Both the position numbers and the translations under genes were made by a program. From Podarcis tiliguerta (lineage: Eukaryota): a DNA stretch of 64,000 bases. The notes beneath the pieces were generated by a model. The model made no database searches. It had not been told where the DNA came from and was given only the letters and a program-made list of their open reading frames with translations. Location of the stretch: NCBI GenBank assembly GCA_965153285.1, contig OZ229129.1. One strand, written 5' to 3'. How positions within the stretch are numbered: the first letter of the stretch is position 1; each line of letters begins with the position of its first letter. Shown here in pieces: positions 1 to 10,626 of the stretch.

Positions 1-139
1 CCATTTCTCAAAGGGGGGAAGAGGAAGAACCACTGGAATATTGAGATGAAGAGGAGGAGGAAGAAGAGGAGTACGACAACATTGGTAACCACAGAATGCA
101 GATGCATTCTGACAAAACAAAAAGCTTAGTAGAAAAAAA

Positions 140-356
140 AAGTTTATAGTTTGGGTGTTCACCTATGTTGGTGCCTTGTTCAATGGTCTGACACTGCTGC
201 AACTGGCTCCGATTTCACTCTTCACTATTCCCCTTCTTAATGAAAAGCACCAGGTAGAAATTGACCATTCTTGTGAACCAGAATCTCAGAAATGCACTGG
301 CAAAAGTCCCAAGTTAAACCCAGGGGTGAAGCGCAAACCTCAACCCCTCAAGTCAG
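140..356 (+). pseudogene. RTN4: Processed reticulon C-terminal fragment, lineage A; also at ~12352-12567, 29232-29448, 35037-35251, 47325-47540, 55881-56097 and partial 55610-55695
   Basis: [43 protein letters not shown]...PGVKRKPQ resembles RTN4 [39 protein letters not shown]...PGLKRKAE. It runs contiguously across several RTN exons. Confidence 0.88.
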
Positions 357-1775
357 GTTATACAGTCAGTGCAAATATTTGGTACTGCAATTGTACTATT
401 GATCTTTTTAAAATATAAAATTGCAGGTTTTCCCACAGTTTCTGTACGTACATCAGCTATATGTACGCTTCTCCCTCTTTCTACAGCCACACAACTCAAA
501 CCCTGCAATTAAGGAACTCCTGTCAAGAAACTTCTGAAGTGGCCTGCAAGTATTTCACTGAACTGCCAGTGCCCACTTTTGGAACAATGGCCACCTCCGG
601 GAAGTGTGCAATTCCAGAAAAACAGAGATAATTAAATGCATTCCCCTCTGGGTTGAATCCTGGCCATGGGGGCTCAATCCCCCCAATATTGAGGGGGCCC
701 ACATCCCCCGTCGGGTTGTTGTTATGGGGATGCAAATGACAGCCACCATCAGCTGCAAGAGACACACGCCATAGGGAGCCGAGCGGGAAATGCGACAGAT
801 GTGGAAGGACAGATCTCGGTCACATGGAGAGATATAACTTCACAGAGAAGTGGGACTGGCAAGGGAAATGACCCGCTAGTCGTGGATGAGGGAGAGGAAT
901 GGGAAACATTCAATGTATCCATCTGTAGATCATTTGCATGCTGCAGGGCTTCATACAATTTTTCTAAACCAATAAACAAAACATAAATAAAAAGTTTTGT
1001 TCATGGTAACATTAGCATTGTATACAGAAACAACGGGTTCCTTTCATATCTTTATGTATTGGTTCATTTAAATTGGTTGTACTTTCCCTCTCATTTCCTT
1101 CTGAAAAGCTCAAAGCAGCTAACAAAAAATCAAACCATGATTTAGCAATTGAGAATATTTGTTAGGAAACAGCAGCAGAGATAACCTCCCCTCCTCCTCT
1201 TTATTTATTTGCTTCCATTTTAAGGGGGGAAGAGAAGCATGCATGTGTGAAAAGCAATGTTGTCCAATGAAATTTGATATTGTGTCACACCAGGCCCACA
1301 GATTTTTGGAGAAAAATTCAATGGTGCATTACCGGGCTATCAGCCCGTGTGTAGTTCAGATTCTGCAGTTTGATTGCCCCCCAATGGCAGAACATTCAGA
1401 GTGCTCCTTGCAGGGAATCTTAAACTTTAATACAATGCGGCTCCACCAATCAATGGTGCATTACCGGGCTATCAGCCCGTGTGTAGTTCAGATTCTGCAG
1501 TTTGATTGCCCCCAAATGGCAGAAAATGCAGAGTGCTCTGTGTCAGAGCTGGCCCACACCTCCTTGCAGGCATGTCTTAAACTTTAAGACCATGGGGCTC
1601 CAACCATTTGGGCCATATGACCAAGTAAGGCATCTTTCCAACTGCAGCAGCCCCATTTCCTTTGTAAATGATGGAAAAAACACAGTTCCATGGCAAAACA
1701 AGTTCTTTGTAAAAGATTTCGGGCTATTATCCTGCCCAACCCTACTGTAGATCACCTAATGAAATCTTTCGGCCA

Positions 1776-2340
1776 AATATCTAATGACATCCCCAAAGAC
1801 AAGAAAAATCTACTGCTTTACACAACAACAGCTGCCAGAATATTGATTGCAAAAAAACTGGAAGGCAGAGAAAATCCCATCACTATCAAAATGGCAAAAC
1901 AAACTTGGTGAGTTTGCAGAAACGGCAAAATTGACGGCAATTATTAGAGGCCACTGAAATCAGAGAATACTTAGAGACTGGGATGGAGTGAAGGAATACA
2001 TGAAAAAATATGGTTCCAGAATTGTAATATTAATAGAGAATGTGTAAAACATGCAGGGGTAAGCAAGAAAATAATAGAATCAACTGAATTATTATTAAAT
2101 TATAACAACACAAAAAGATGGAAGTAAAATATTGAGATCACACATGGGTGAAGAGGAGGGGGAGCATACGGGAACCTATAATATCATTTTTAATATAATT
2201 TGTTGATTGTGTTGTATTTACATACAACCAATGGAAGCCTAGAGTATTTAGATATATTTTAATTTAGGTAATCGATGTAATAGGCTTATGTTAGAAAATG
2301 AATATGGATTTTGAACTTGATCTTTGTAAAAAAAAAAAAT
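1776..2340 (+). mobile_element. L1 ORF2 C-terminus plus 3' UTR fragment (mosaic module); also ~20300-20860, 30240-30780, 36660-37230, 50020-50580, 54205-54440, 60495-61050
   Basis: ISNDIPKDKKNLLLYTTTAARILIAK...EFAETAKLTAIIRGH...EYMKKYGSG is colinear with the L1 at 57981-58286 (ITNNIPDNQRKVFLYATTAARMLRAK...EYINLARHTAFIREQ...EYMKKHCSG). Confidence 0.85.
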
Positions 2341-2979
2341 GGTTTTGAAAGAAAAAAGAAAAAGAAACCATTTGCAGCCACTGGAATCAGCCAGCAAGTG
2401 ATCCACAAGAGTCATTAGGGAGGTGCATTCAGGGATCAATTAACAAAAAAGAGGAGGGGATCCTAACAGCCAGACAGGGTGCTCTGCTTGGAAAGCAGCA
2501 AAGAGCTGGCTGCTCCGTCCCTTCCTTCTTCTTCTTCTTCTTCTTCTGCTGCTGCTAATGAGACCTGAAGCAAAGCAGGCCGAGTTCCCGGCTTCATCAT
2601 CGGTGCAATCTGCAGAAGGGCGGTTTCCACAGCCCCCCACTATCCCACTGCCTTCCTCTATGCTAGGTAAATATAGTTACAGGATTTCCCACAGTTTCTG
2701 TACAGACATCAGCTACATGAACGCTTCAGCCCTCTTCTATAGCAAGATGGATTGCCTTGCAAACACACCAATAGGTGGTACAGCGACACAGTTCACACCC
2801 TGCCCTAAATGAACTTTTCAGTTACTGCACACACTCCAAATTTGCGGAGGATGCACCTGTGTTACTCGCAGCCAGGTATTCCCAAATCCCTCAACACTAG
2901 TGTCCTTTCTCCTTTTCTGCACCCAGATTCAATCCCTTGCCAACACCTTACCAGAAGATGCAGCCACACAACTCAGACC

Positions 2980-3298
2980 TTAGATAAACCATGAATTGAA
3001 TATAAATATCTCCTGGAACCTACAACCCCTTGGTGCATTTCACACATTGAAGCCTTTGCCGTTAAGAAGAAAAACATGAAGGGAATTTGGGCAACATATA
3101 AAATGTTATGGGGGGGGGGAATAATACATTCAGAGGAAAGGACTTTGACATCCATATATATTTGATAGGCTGGCTCCAATACTTCCAACTGAATGAAAGA
3201 CAAGGAAAAAGGGTTTGCTGGAGAAATATCAAAACTAAAGGGAACTCTAATCGAAATCTAAATGAAAATATCTATCTAAAATGTATAATCTGCTCCAC
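2980..3298 (+). mobile_element. Internally deleted L1 ORF2 fragment (mosaic module); also ~5880-6035, 11308-11595, 21150-21325, 22310-22475, 34443-34735, 37863-38185, 46278-46570, 61690-62010
   Basis: YKYLLEPTTPWCISHIEAFAVKKKNMKGIWATYKML...WLQYFQLNE...SKMYNL aligns by eye with LLEQKTAWWVSPLEIISVKKKNTIGRMATYQAL...WLQYHQI...SKMYNLL at 57350-57660. Confidence 0.8.
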
Positions 3299-3562
3299 AA
3301 TTCACACTCTGCCATCAAAGAACTTTTGCCTCACTTAAAACGCTCAACCTTTTCTGAGGATGCACACCTCAGAACACAAAGGGACAGCGGAAGCTAAAAG
3401 GACAGGTCAGTGACTTCTGTCTTGCAAGTAAATTTTTCGGATGACCCAGACCCTTCCTCAAAAGGGGCGGAAGAGGAAGAAAGATGGAGGAGACAATGGA
3501 ATGTTAATACCCCCCTCCAAATCTGGGGCAAACTGGTTGAGACGATAGCAGTCGGGAAGCTA

Positions 3563-3980
3563 TGTAGAAAATCTTATTTTCTATAAGCCCCCGATTTTTC
3601 CCCAGGATAACTAATTTTTATTTGGCTTTGGCTTTCTGTGAATTTAATTACCCCAAAGTGTATTTCTACATATATAGCAGGAGACCAAAACACTGGAAAG
3701 AAAATACAGTCTTGAAGAGACTCGTAAATTAATTGTGATGCCTATGTTGGATTTCTATTTCTTTTGTTGAGTCAGAGTACTACAATCAAGTGCTAGCATA
3801 TAACTTAGGATGCTTCTAGATTCCATGCTCTGTTTTCTGTGAAGCTCATTGTGTTTAACACAATGTGACAAATCAGGTAAAAACTGTTAACCTTATTGTT
3901 TTTTTCTGGTGCTGTCAGAGTGTATGCTTTTGCACATTTGAAGTGCAGTCTGAAAGAAAATTATGTATATAATAAATTAC
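3563..3980 (+). other. AT-rich, 3'UTR-like insert ending in AATAAA, flanked by ~52-bp direct repeats
   Basis: AATAAA at 3971. The repeat ccccctccaaatctggggcaaactggt..gagacgatagcagt.gggaagcta occurs at 3511-3562 and 3985-4036. A single-copy (empty) version is at ~56897-56950. Confidence 0.65.
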
Positions 3981-4225
3981 CCTCCCCCCTCCAAATCTGG
4001 GGCAAACTGGTGGAGACGATAGCAGTGGGGAAGCTACAAGAATTATTGGAAAACACAGATAATGAAATGCATTCCCCCCTGGTTTGAATCCTGGCCATGG
4101 GGGCTCAATCCCCCCAATATTGAGGGGGCCAACATCCCCCATTTGGTTGCTGTTATGGGGATGCAAATGACAGCCACCATCAGCTGCAAGAGACACACGC
4201 CATAGGGAGCCGAGCGGGACATGCG

Positions 4226-5840
4226 GATAATCAGGAACGGAGCTCTCTAAGCGAGAAGCGGAACATGCTGGCAGGCCAGCACAAAGAGCTGAAGGAGAAC
4301 CTGGACCGGGGACAGCACGTGGTCTTGGACATCCTATGCAATTACCTCTTGGGGGAGTAGCTCCGAGACTGCCAGCATTTCATGAAGATGAAATCTGGGC
4401 TGCTCATAGAACAGCGCGAGCTGGATGACAAGATCAAGCTAGGACAGGAACAGCTCAAGTGCCTTCTGGAGAGCCTCCCCACGGACTTCATGCTTAGCAA
4501 CAGAAAGGGAGCAGAACCTCCATCAGCCACCGGGACCAGCCGACCTCCCGCACCAGCATCTTCGCTCTGACCCTTCCAGACGCGGCTACATCAAACCTTT
4601 TCTTCTCAGAATTATTTAATCAGAAATCTCTTTTATCGTTTATTTTACAAAAAAGAATTGAGGGAGGATTTAATTATTATTATTTAATTAATGTTGGGGT
4701 GTGGGGGGTAAATAAACAGCACGGAAAGATTTCTTTTTCTTCTTCGTCTTCTCCCGGAGATCACGATTTAAATCTGTTTGGAATACATTGGATTCTGGTG
4801 GCCAAGCAGAAGAGACTAGCAGCAGGTTCTATGAGGGAGGTCAGTAGCTAATTAGAAATAAACTCAAGCTGTCCCTGCTGAAGGAGTCTTGTCCCCCTCC
4901 CCCCTCTGAGCACCTGATGGTGGTTAAAATAATGAAGGATATACAGTAATGAAGCCTTCATTAAAATATTAATGAGAGACCTGCTGTCTTGAACAATATG
5001 CATATTTATATTTTTTAAAGCTACAAGATAGAATTCTGTAAAGATTTTGTACATACGCTAACCAGTTATCGATTCTACTTCAACATGTACGTAAGGGGGA
5101 AATGGTTAAATATTATTATTTTTTGTACTTCACATGGGAAAAGAAAAGTGGAACACCCTTGCCCCCCCCCAAAAAAACCCCCATAGTCACACATCATATC
5201 TAAATAAAGGACTCACCGGAAAAGCTACAGGCCAGGATCCAAGGATGCTTGCATGCAGAAAGATGTACTTGGTGAATGTCAACCCAGACGTTGGATGTGG
5301 GTGCAGTTTGGCATCTCGTTTTCCCTGGGCAAGGACCCCCAGTCAGAGTGCTATGGCTCTGACCTTTTTCTCCCTTTCCCCTGCATGGTGGGACGCAGTG
5401 CAGGTCCGTGAGGAGGGTCCCCCCCCCCCCCCGTGTACCATCGAGGCGGTCACTGGATTGCAGCTTTTTATCTCTCTCAGTGCCCAGTGAATATTGCCAG
5501 TAAGTGACCTTTCCACAAAAGCGTTGCACAGCAAAATCCCGTCTTCCAGATCTGCAGTGCGAAGCAGCCGCCGTTGGAACAAGCACTTGTGTGAACCAAA
5601 CAACTCAGGTGTCAACGTGAAACTGAAGCAAAGAGATACTTCCTCCTTGAGACTCTCTCTTGGGCTCTATGATATTATTTTTTTAAAAAAAGAAAAAGAA
5701 AAACAGTAACAAGAGAAAGCATGGAACTGCATGCAGCCTGCAAACTTATTTGAATGACTTCTTGAGGTGGTTCATTGAATGTCCTTATTTATAGATTGCT
5801 TTAAATGGAAACGGAAAAAAATAAATTCTTCATGCTCCTG
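4226..5840 (+). pseudogene. SHROOM3: SHROOM3 ASD2 C-terminal fragment (4226-4570, internal stop) plus presumed 3' UTR
   Basis: [87 protein letters not shown] matches the SHROOM3 C-terminus ([33 protein letters not shown]...[38 protein letters not shown]). AATAAA at ~5820. UTR extent is inferred. Confidence 0.88.
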
Positions 5841-6221
5841 CTATTTGCAGAATCTAATGATTTGCAGAATCTAATGAAAATTAATAAATTAAGAACTTTG
5901 AAATCCATATATATTTGGCAGACTAGCTCCAATACATCCAACTGAATGAAAGACAAGAAAAATTGGGTTTCCTGGAAAAATATCAAAATGACTGGGAAAG
6001 GCTGTGGAGGGAAGACATAAGATTCACTGCATATTATAAGGGGGCGGTGAAGAAGGAGGTAAGAGAAGGAAGCGCTGTCCTGTTCTCAGATTGGGGACAG
6101 CCTCCCACCTCCTTCCCAACCTGTGGAAGGACCAGACTCAAATTCCTCACCTCTTGACCCCTTAGCAAACGTCCAAGCTACAACCCCAGGGTGAAGTGCA
6201 AACCTCAACCCCACAAATCAT

Positions 6222-6575
6222 GTGCCCTTAACTGAGTATTACAGTCAGAGGCTGCTATCTAAAGAAGTATCTCCCATTTCTAGGAAGGCCACTTCAACTT
6301 CATCTAGTGCTCAGTCGCTTTCTTCATTGTCTTCCCAGTGCTCCCGGGTAAGCTCTAAGGGCTCACTGACATCCCGGAGGTCCATAGACTATGCTGCAAA
6401 CCACTACACTGCCATCCGGTGCAAGCTGAATCACATGGTTTCCATGCTGCCTAGGAGGGGCAATGTGGCAGAAAACTACATAGGCTGCCACCAAGTGAGG
6501 TGCAACTTAAAGCCTAGGCAGCGAATCAGCAAGAGCCTCATAAACCTCAGAGACTTTGCACTGTATTCATCATGA
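6222..6575 (+). other. Unidentified Ser-rich open reading frame fragment, probably captured mRNA; second copy 41112-41465
   Basis: 117 open codons with no ATG start, beginning right after a degenerate RTN4-end module and followed by UTR-like sequence. Identity not recognised. Confidence 0.3.
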
Positions 6576-7134
6576 CTGCTTCTGAGAAATGGGATCGTGA
6601 GAGCTGGCACACATAATTGCCATACAGGGGGTGTTGCTGGCTTGGTGGTGGTTCTTTTTTTAACTTGGCTGCCCAGCCAATCTATGTGATACTGCAAGCC
6701 TTTCCCAGGCTTTGCCGTGCCATGGAGAAGAATGGTTTGGAATGCCAACCAATATGCACATTATACCTTGCGGCACAAAGGTAGCCGTCACATGGAAACA
6801 GCTTCACGTTGCTCTTTGTGGCTTACATTTTGTGTGCGTCACTTGTAAGTGCTCCAGACTTCGCACTTGGTCAATTCTGTACTGCCCTTACAAATGTTGC
6901 TTTCTAGAGCTTTTTTGGTCTAAGAAATCATGGGGTGACTTGGTTTCATCAAGGGACTATAATATTAGATGCTTAGAAAGTGCAAAACGAAAGTGTTTGC
7001 AACTGTGATTGTAGTATTCATCTTTTTAAAATATAAACATTGCAAGTTTTGGCACGCTTTCTGTATGCACAGCAGCTATATGTAATAAATCATCATCTTT
7101 ATCTAAAAGCACCCAGCTTTAAAAATCTCCTGAT

Positions 7135-7512
7135 ACACGGCTCAGGAGATCGAGAGGGAGAAGAAAGAGAAGGCAGGAAGGGTAACCATGTCAGACCACT
7201 AACTCCTCGAAATACAAATGTCTTCCGGATAGATTGCCCATAAACTCCACCCCTTGGTCCAACATGGTTACCTCTTCCATGCTTAGCTAATCTGTTCCTC
7301 CTTCCCTCTCTGAGTAAAAAACCTATACCTTTTCCCCATACAAATGTTTAACTTTAGCATATAAAATACACACTAGTATAAGCAACATCAAAATACCAAA
7401 AACCAGTATAATCACAGGGTGCCAAGCCAAATTTTAAAATGTTGGTCATGGTAGGGCTCTATCCTGAAAAGATGTCCCAACAATAGTGTGTGGTTCAATC
7501 GTGAATATCCTG
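7135..7512 (-). mobile_element. Probable endogenous retrovirus env 3' end, polypurine tract and start of 3' LTR (class III-like); also 17760-18134, 24486-24860, 42025-42400
   Basis: The minus strand of the 17.8 kb copy reads TTHHWWDIFSA*NPTMTNSLNLAWHPVIILV, resembling the env membrane-proximal motif HHWWxxxxGWSPTAT..HPVIIL, followed by a hydrophobic stretch. Downstream is gaccaaggggtggagt, like the ERVL-type PPT. Confidence 0.55.
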
Positions 7513-7976
7513 AGTGACTCTTCTTAGCTTGGCTTGTTTTACCACGGCAATATTAGTACTTTGCATTATGACACATTCCAAGTTTTTCCACAATCTTCAT
7601 GTACTTTCTCATTCCTTTTCTCCAAGCAGACTGAATCCCTCGCAAACACCCCATCGGATACCTGCAGCCACACAACTCAAACCCTGCCAGCACTGAACTT
7701 TTCAGTTACTTCAACCACTCCACATTTGCTGAGGGTGCATTTGCATTCCTCTCAGCCAGGAATGCCTCCTTCAGGAGGTACAATGAAACCATTTGCAGCC
7801 ACTGGAATCAGCCAGCAAGTGATCCACAAGAGCCAGATTCTGGACTTGAAGAATTACAAGCGCATCTATCTTCATTTTTCATTCTGGCCAAAATTATGCC
7901 AATAACCGTAAACCAAATTTGGCATCAATTGTGTCTTTATTTGGGGAGGTCTTGGGGGGTCTTAACATGCAAAACA

Positions 7977-8090
7977 CCAAAGTCAGCCATGGAAATCTTG
8001 CAACACGTCACAGATTCCATAGGTCCTCTCCAGTTGTACAGAAGATAGAAGGAGAGAGAGAGAAAAGACCTTGACTGGGGAAAGGGTCAG
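7977..8090 (+). pseudogene. ID3: Second, internally deleted ID3 derivative (HLH piece fused to 3' UTR piece); also 30997-31110, 42866-42979, and extended 50807-51490
   Basis: ccaaagtcagcc..tggaaatcttgcaacacgtca matches HLH sequence at 8589-8625. It then jumps to ggtcctctccag...gatagaag...ggggaaagg, matching the UTR at 8816-8880. The 50.8 kb copy continues through ~600 bp of the ID3 3' UTR. Confidence 0.8.
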
Positions 8091-8362
8091 AAAATATTTG
8101 CTGCTGCAAAGGTAACATTTCTGTTTTTTAAATATATACATGGGGCTTTTTTTGCAAAGAGAAGCATTTTCTGCGTGCACACAATAGAGAATCAACCAGG
8201 CTGCCAAGCAAGGGGCAGTATCTCGAGGTTGTTTGCTTGCTTCTTCCACCTTAAGGAAGGAAATCTTGCCCTTCTGCAAATCCCTGCTGGTTTCTCCTCT
8301 TTATGGCCATGAAAGGAATCAGACCAGTCAGATCAGTCAGGATAAGCTAGGAAGCAAGCTGC

Positions 8363-8776
8363 ATGCTGCCTCTCTCATATGAGCCTCACCATCACCCAGG
8401 GAACGAACAACAGAATGAAGCCCCTTGGCCAGTGACTCCTGCTGCACAGGCCTTCAGTAAAATGCGACAAGTCTTGCCAAAACAAAAAAACCAGAGCCCG
8501 GCTCAGGAGGAGCCCAAGAACCTCCTTTACGACATGAATGACTGCTACTCCAAGCTGCGCGAGCTGGTGCCGAGGATCCCGCAAGGCCCCAAAGTCAGCC
8601 AAGTGGAAATCTTGCAGCACGTTATCGACTATATCTTTGACCTGCAGATCGTGCTAGAGGAGCAGGCGAAGAAGGGGCAAGATCCGCCCACAGCTGAGAC
8701 TTCCCTACTCTCTTTAAAAGCTGCAGAGCGGGCATCTGAACTTTGCTCAAAAGAGGAGAGGAATCTCTGCCACTAA
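8363..8776 (+). CDS. ID3: Open chimeric ORF: novel N-terminus plus intact ID3 HLH and C-terminus (137 aa); expression unknown
   Basis: ATG-initiated ORF containing [50 protein letters not shown]. The N-terminus comes from a shifted frame plus an ~80-bp foreign insert. Confidence 0.5.
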   Translation: MLPLSYEPHHHPGNEQQNEAPWPVTPAAQAFSKMRQVLPKQKNQSPAQEEPKNLLYDMNDCYSKLRELVPRIPQGPKVSQVEILQHVIDYIFDLQIVLEEQAKKGQDPPTAETSLLSLKAAERASELCSKEERNLCH

Positions 8777-9183
8777 CCTCTTAAAACAGACTGCAAGTGT
8801 GGGATCCTGGCACTTGGTTCTCTCCAGTGAGGCAGGAGATAGAAGAAGAGAGAAAAAATAAAGACCTGAATAGGGGAAAGGATTAGATGTTTTAACCCCG
8901 TGCATCCAGTAATGAAGAGACCCACCATCTTTCTCTTCCAGATAAACTATAGAACATGGGTCTGGCCAGCCAGTTTCTGATGCCTTGACTGGTCTTCCAG
9001 AAACAACCTTCTACCCTCAATCTGTTATTCGCTTCCAACGGCCTGAAAACAAAATTTGCAGGCCAGGTAGGGGGGGCCGTGAAAGCAAGCCCACTTTTCA
9101 ATAACTATGGTATTGTTGTATTAAACAAGAAGAAACTTTGCACAAGAAGAAATTTTGTGGAGTTTGTGTGTGAGACTGGAGGG

Positions 9184-9225
<42 letters not shown>
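9184..9225 (+). repeat. (ATT)14 microsatellite in ID3 3' UTR
   Basis: Read directly; shorter in the other ID3 copies. Confidence 0.95.
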
Positions 9226-9227
<2 letters not shown>

Positions 9228-9670
9228 AGCTTTGAACACTCAGATTCATCATGCTAGTTTACTGGTCAGGAGATTTCTTACTGAAATCACACACTTCCAA
9301 CATTGAATCAGCTTGTGAGAAATGTGGACTAGTCTGTCATTTGCTCAGAAAAAAGGGCAACAACAACTAAAAACAACTTTGCAAATATGCAGCTTTTATG
9401 TATATTTTGGATTATAGTTTTTTAACATAATTTTTGGGGGGTGAAGGGGACTTTCACGAACATGAAAACTGAGGTGTCTTAGGGCTGTTTTGCCTCATGG
9501 TTTTTGTTGCTGAACTCTAATAGAGAGAACACATGTATCTTTTTTGGCAGGAAGGTTGATTTCTTCATCCATGAATTGTACTTCCTTTGGTGTGTGTTTT
9601 TTTAAAAAAACTTTTCATAAAGGCTTTTTGCATAATAAATCTTAAGCTGGCGTTTCTTTAAAAAAACCAA

Positions 9671-9733
9671 ATATATATATATACATATATATATACAGAT
9701 ATATATATAAACACACACACACATATATGTGTG
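9671..9733 (+). repeat. (TA)n/(CA)n microsatellite at the 3' end of the ID3 retrocopy; also 32674-32740
   Basis: Read directly; lies just downstream of the polyA signal. Confidence 0.9.
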
Positions 9734-9914
9734 TGAACGGCAGTGCTTCATCAGGCACAGTCATTAGGAAGGTTCATTTAGGCATTAATTAACAAAAAAG
9801 AGGAGGGCATCCTAACAGCCAGAGAGGGCGGTCTGCTTGCAAAGGAGCAAAGCTGTATGTACTCATCACTCCTTTTCTGCACCAAGATCAGACCCCTTTT
9901 TGAAAAGCCCTTAG

Positions 9915-10135
9915 ATTGGCTACCCATTAAGGGGTTACTTAGATTAAGATGTTGCTTGTCCAAAGATACACCCTTATGCTGCTTGGCCCCTTCAACAGCA
10001 CAGTTTAGGAGTTCAACTGCCTCTTCCCAATGGATGACTTTGTGGACTCACTAAAGTTTCTAGTGTGGATGTGGCTGTTCACCTGCGTTTGTGTCTTATT
10101 CAAAGGCTCTGATTTCACCTCTTCAGTATTCCCCT
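9915..10135 (+). pseudogene. RTN4: Processed reticulon fragment, lineage B (more diverged); also ~32920-33140 and 44775-44990
   Basis: GYPLRGYLD*DVA / LVQRYTLMLLGPFNSTV*EFNCLFPMDDFVDSLKFLVWMWLFT resembles RTN4 GHPFRAYLESEVA..LVQKYSNSALGHVNCTIKELRRLFLVDDLVDSLKFAVLMWVFT. The paralog assignment is less certain than for lineage A. Confidence 0.7.
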
Positions 10136-10587
10136 AATTTAGGAAAAGCACCACGTTAGAAGTGACCATTCTAGTGAAACTGCATCTCAAAAAGGGCATT
10201 GGCAAATGTCCTTTTCAGCACTTTTCTGCACAAAAATAGATTACCTTGCAAACATGCAATCAGGTGGTATAGCCACACAGTTCACACCCTTCCTCTCAGG
10301 CAGGAATGCCTCCTTCAGGAGGTACAATGACACCATTTTCAGCCCCTGGAATCAGCCAGCAAGTGATCCACAAGAGCCAGACTCTGGGCTTGAAGAATTC
10401 CAAGCACATTTATCTGGATTTTTAAATCTCTCTGCAAGAGAAGAGAAGTGAAAGGCAGTGCTACATCTGGCTCAGTCATTAGGGAGGTGCATTCAGGGAT
10501 TAATTAACAAAAAGGAGGAGGGGATCCTGACAGCCAGAAAGGGTGCTCTGTTTGGAAAGGAGCAAAGAGCTGGCTGCTCCGTCCCTT

Positions 10588-10626
10588 CCTCCTCCTCCTC
10601 CTCCTCCTCCTCCTCCTCCTCCTCCT
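10588..10626 (+). repeat. (CCT)n microsatellite; (CTT)n variants in paralogous modules
   Basis: Read directly; also ~45447-45486. Confidence 0.9.

Larger units (their letters stand above)
8091..9660 (+). pseudogene. ID3: Near full-length processed ID3 retrocopy 1 (ancestral ATG 8309 disrupted; polyA signal 9634)
   Basis: MKGIRPVRSVR at 8309 resembles the ID3 N-terminus MKAISPVRSVR. The HLH and tail ...LLSLKAAERASELCSKEERNLCH match sauropsid ID3, with no intron at LK/AA. The 3' end ttttgcataataaa is ID3-like. Confidence 0.92.

Noticed and set aside
1159-1755. Recurrent ORFs (MLGNSSRD.., MIAPKWQK..) as a conserved gene family
   Set aside because: Recurrence reflects DNA duplication. The starts are alternative codons, I recognise no domain, and frames differ among copies.
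8091-9660. The authentic ID3 gene
   Set aside because: No introns, ancestral start frame disrupted by a stop and an insert, multiple decayed copies.
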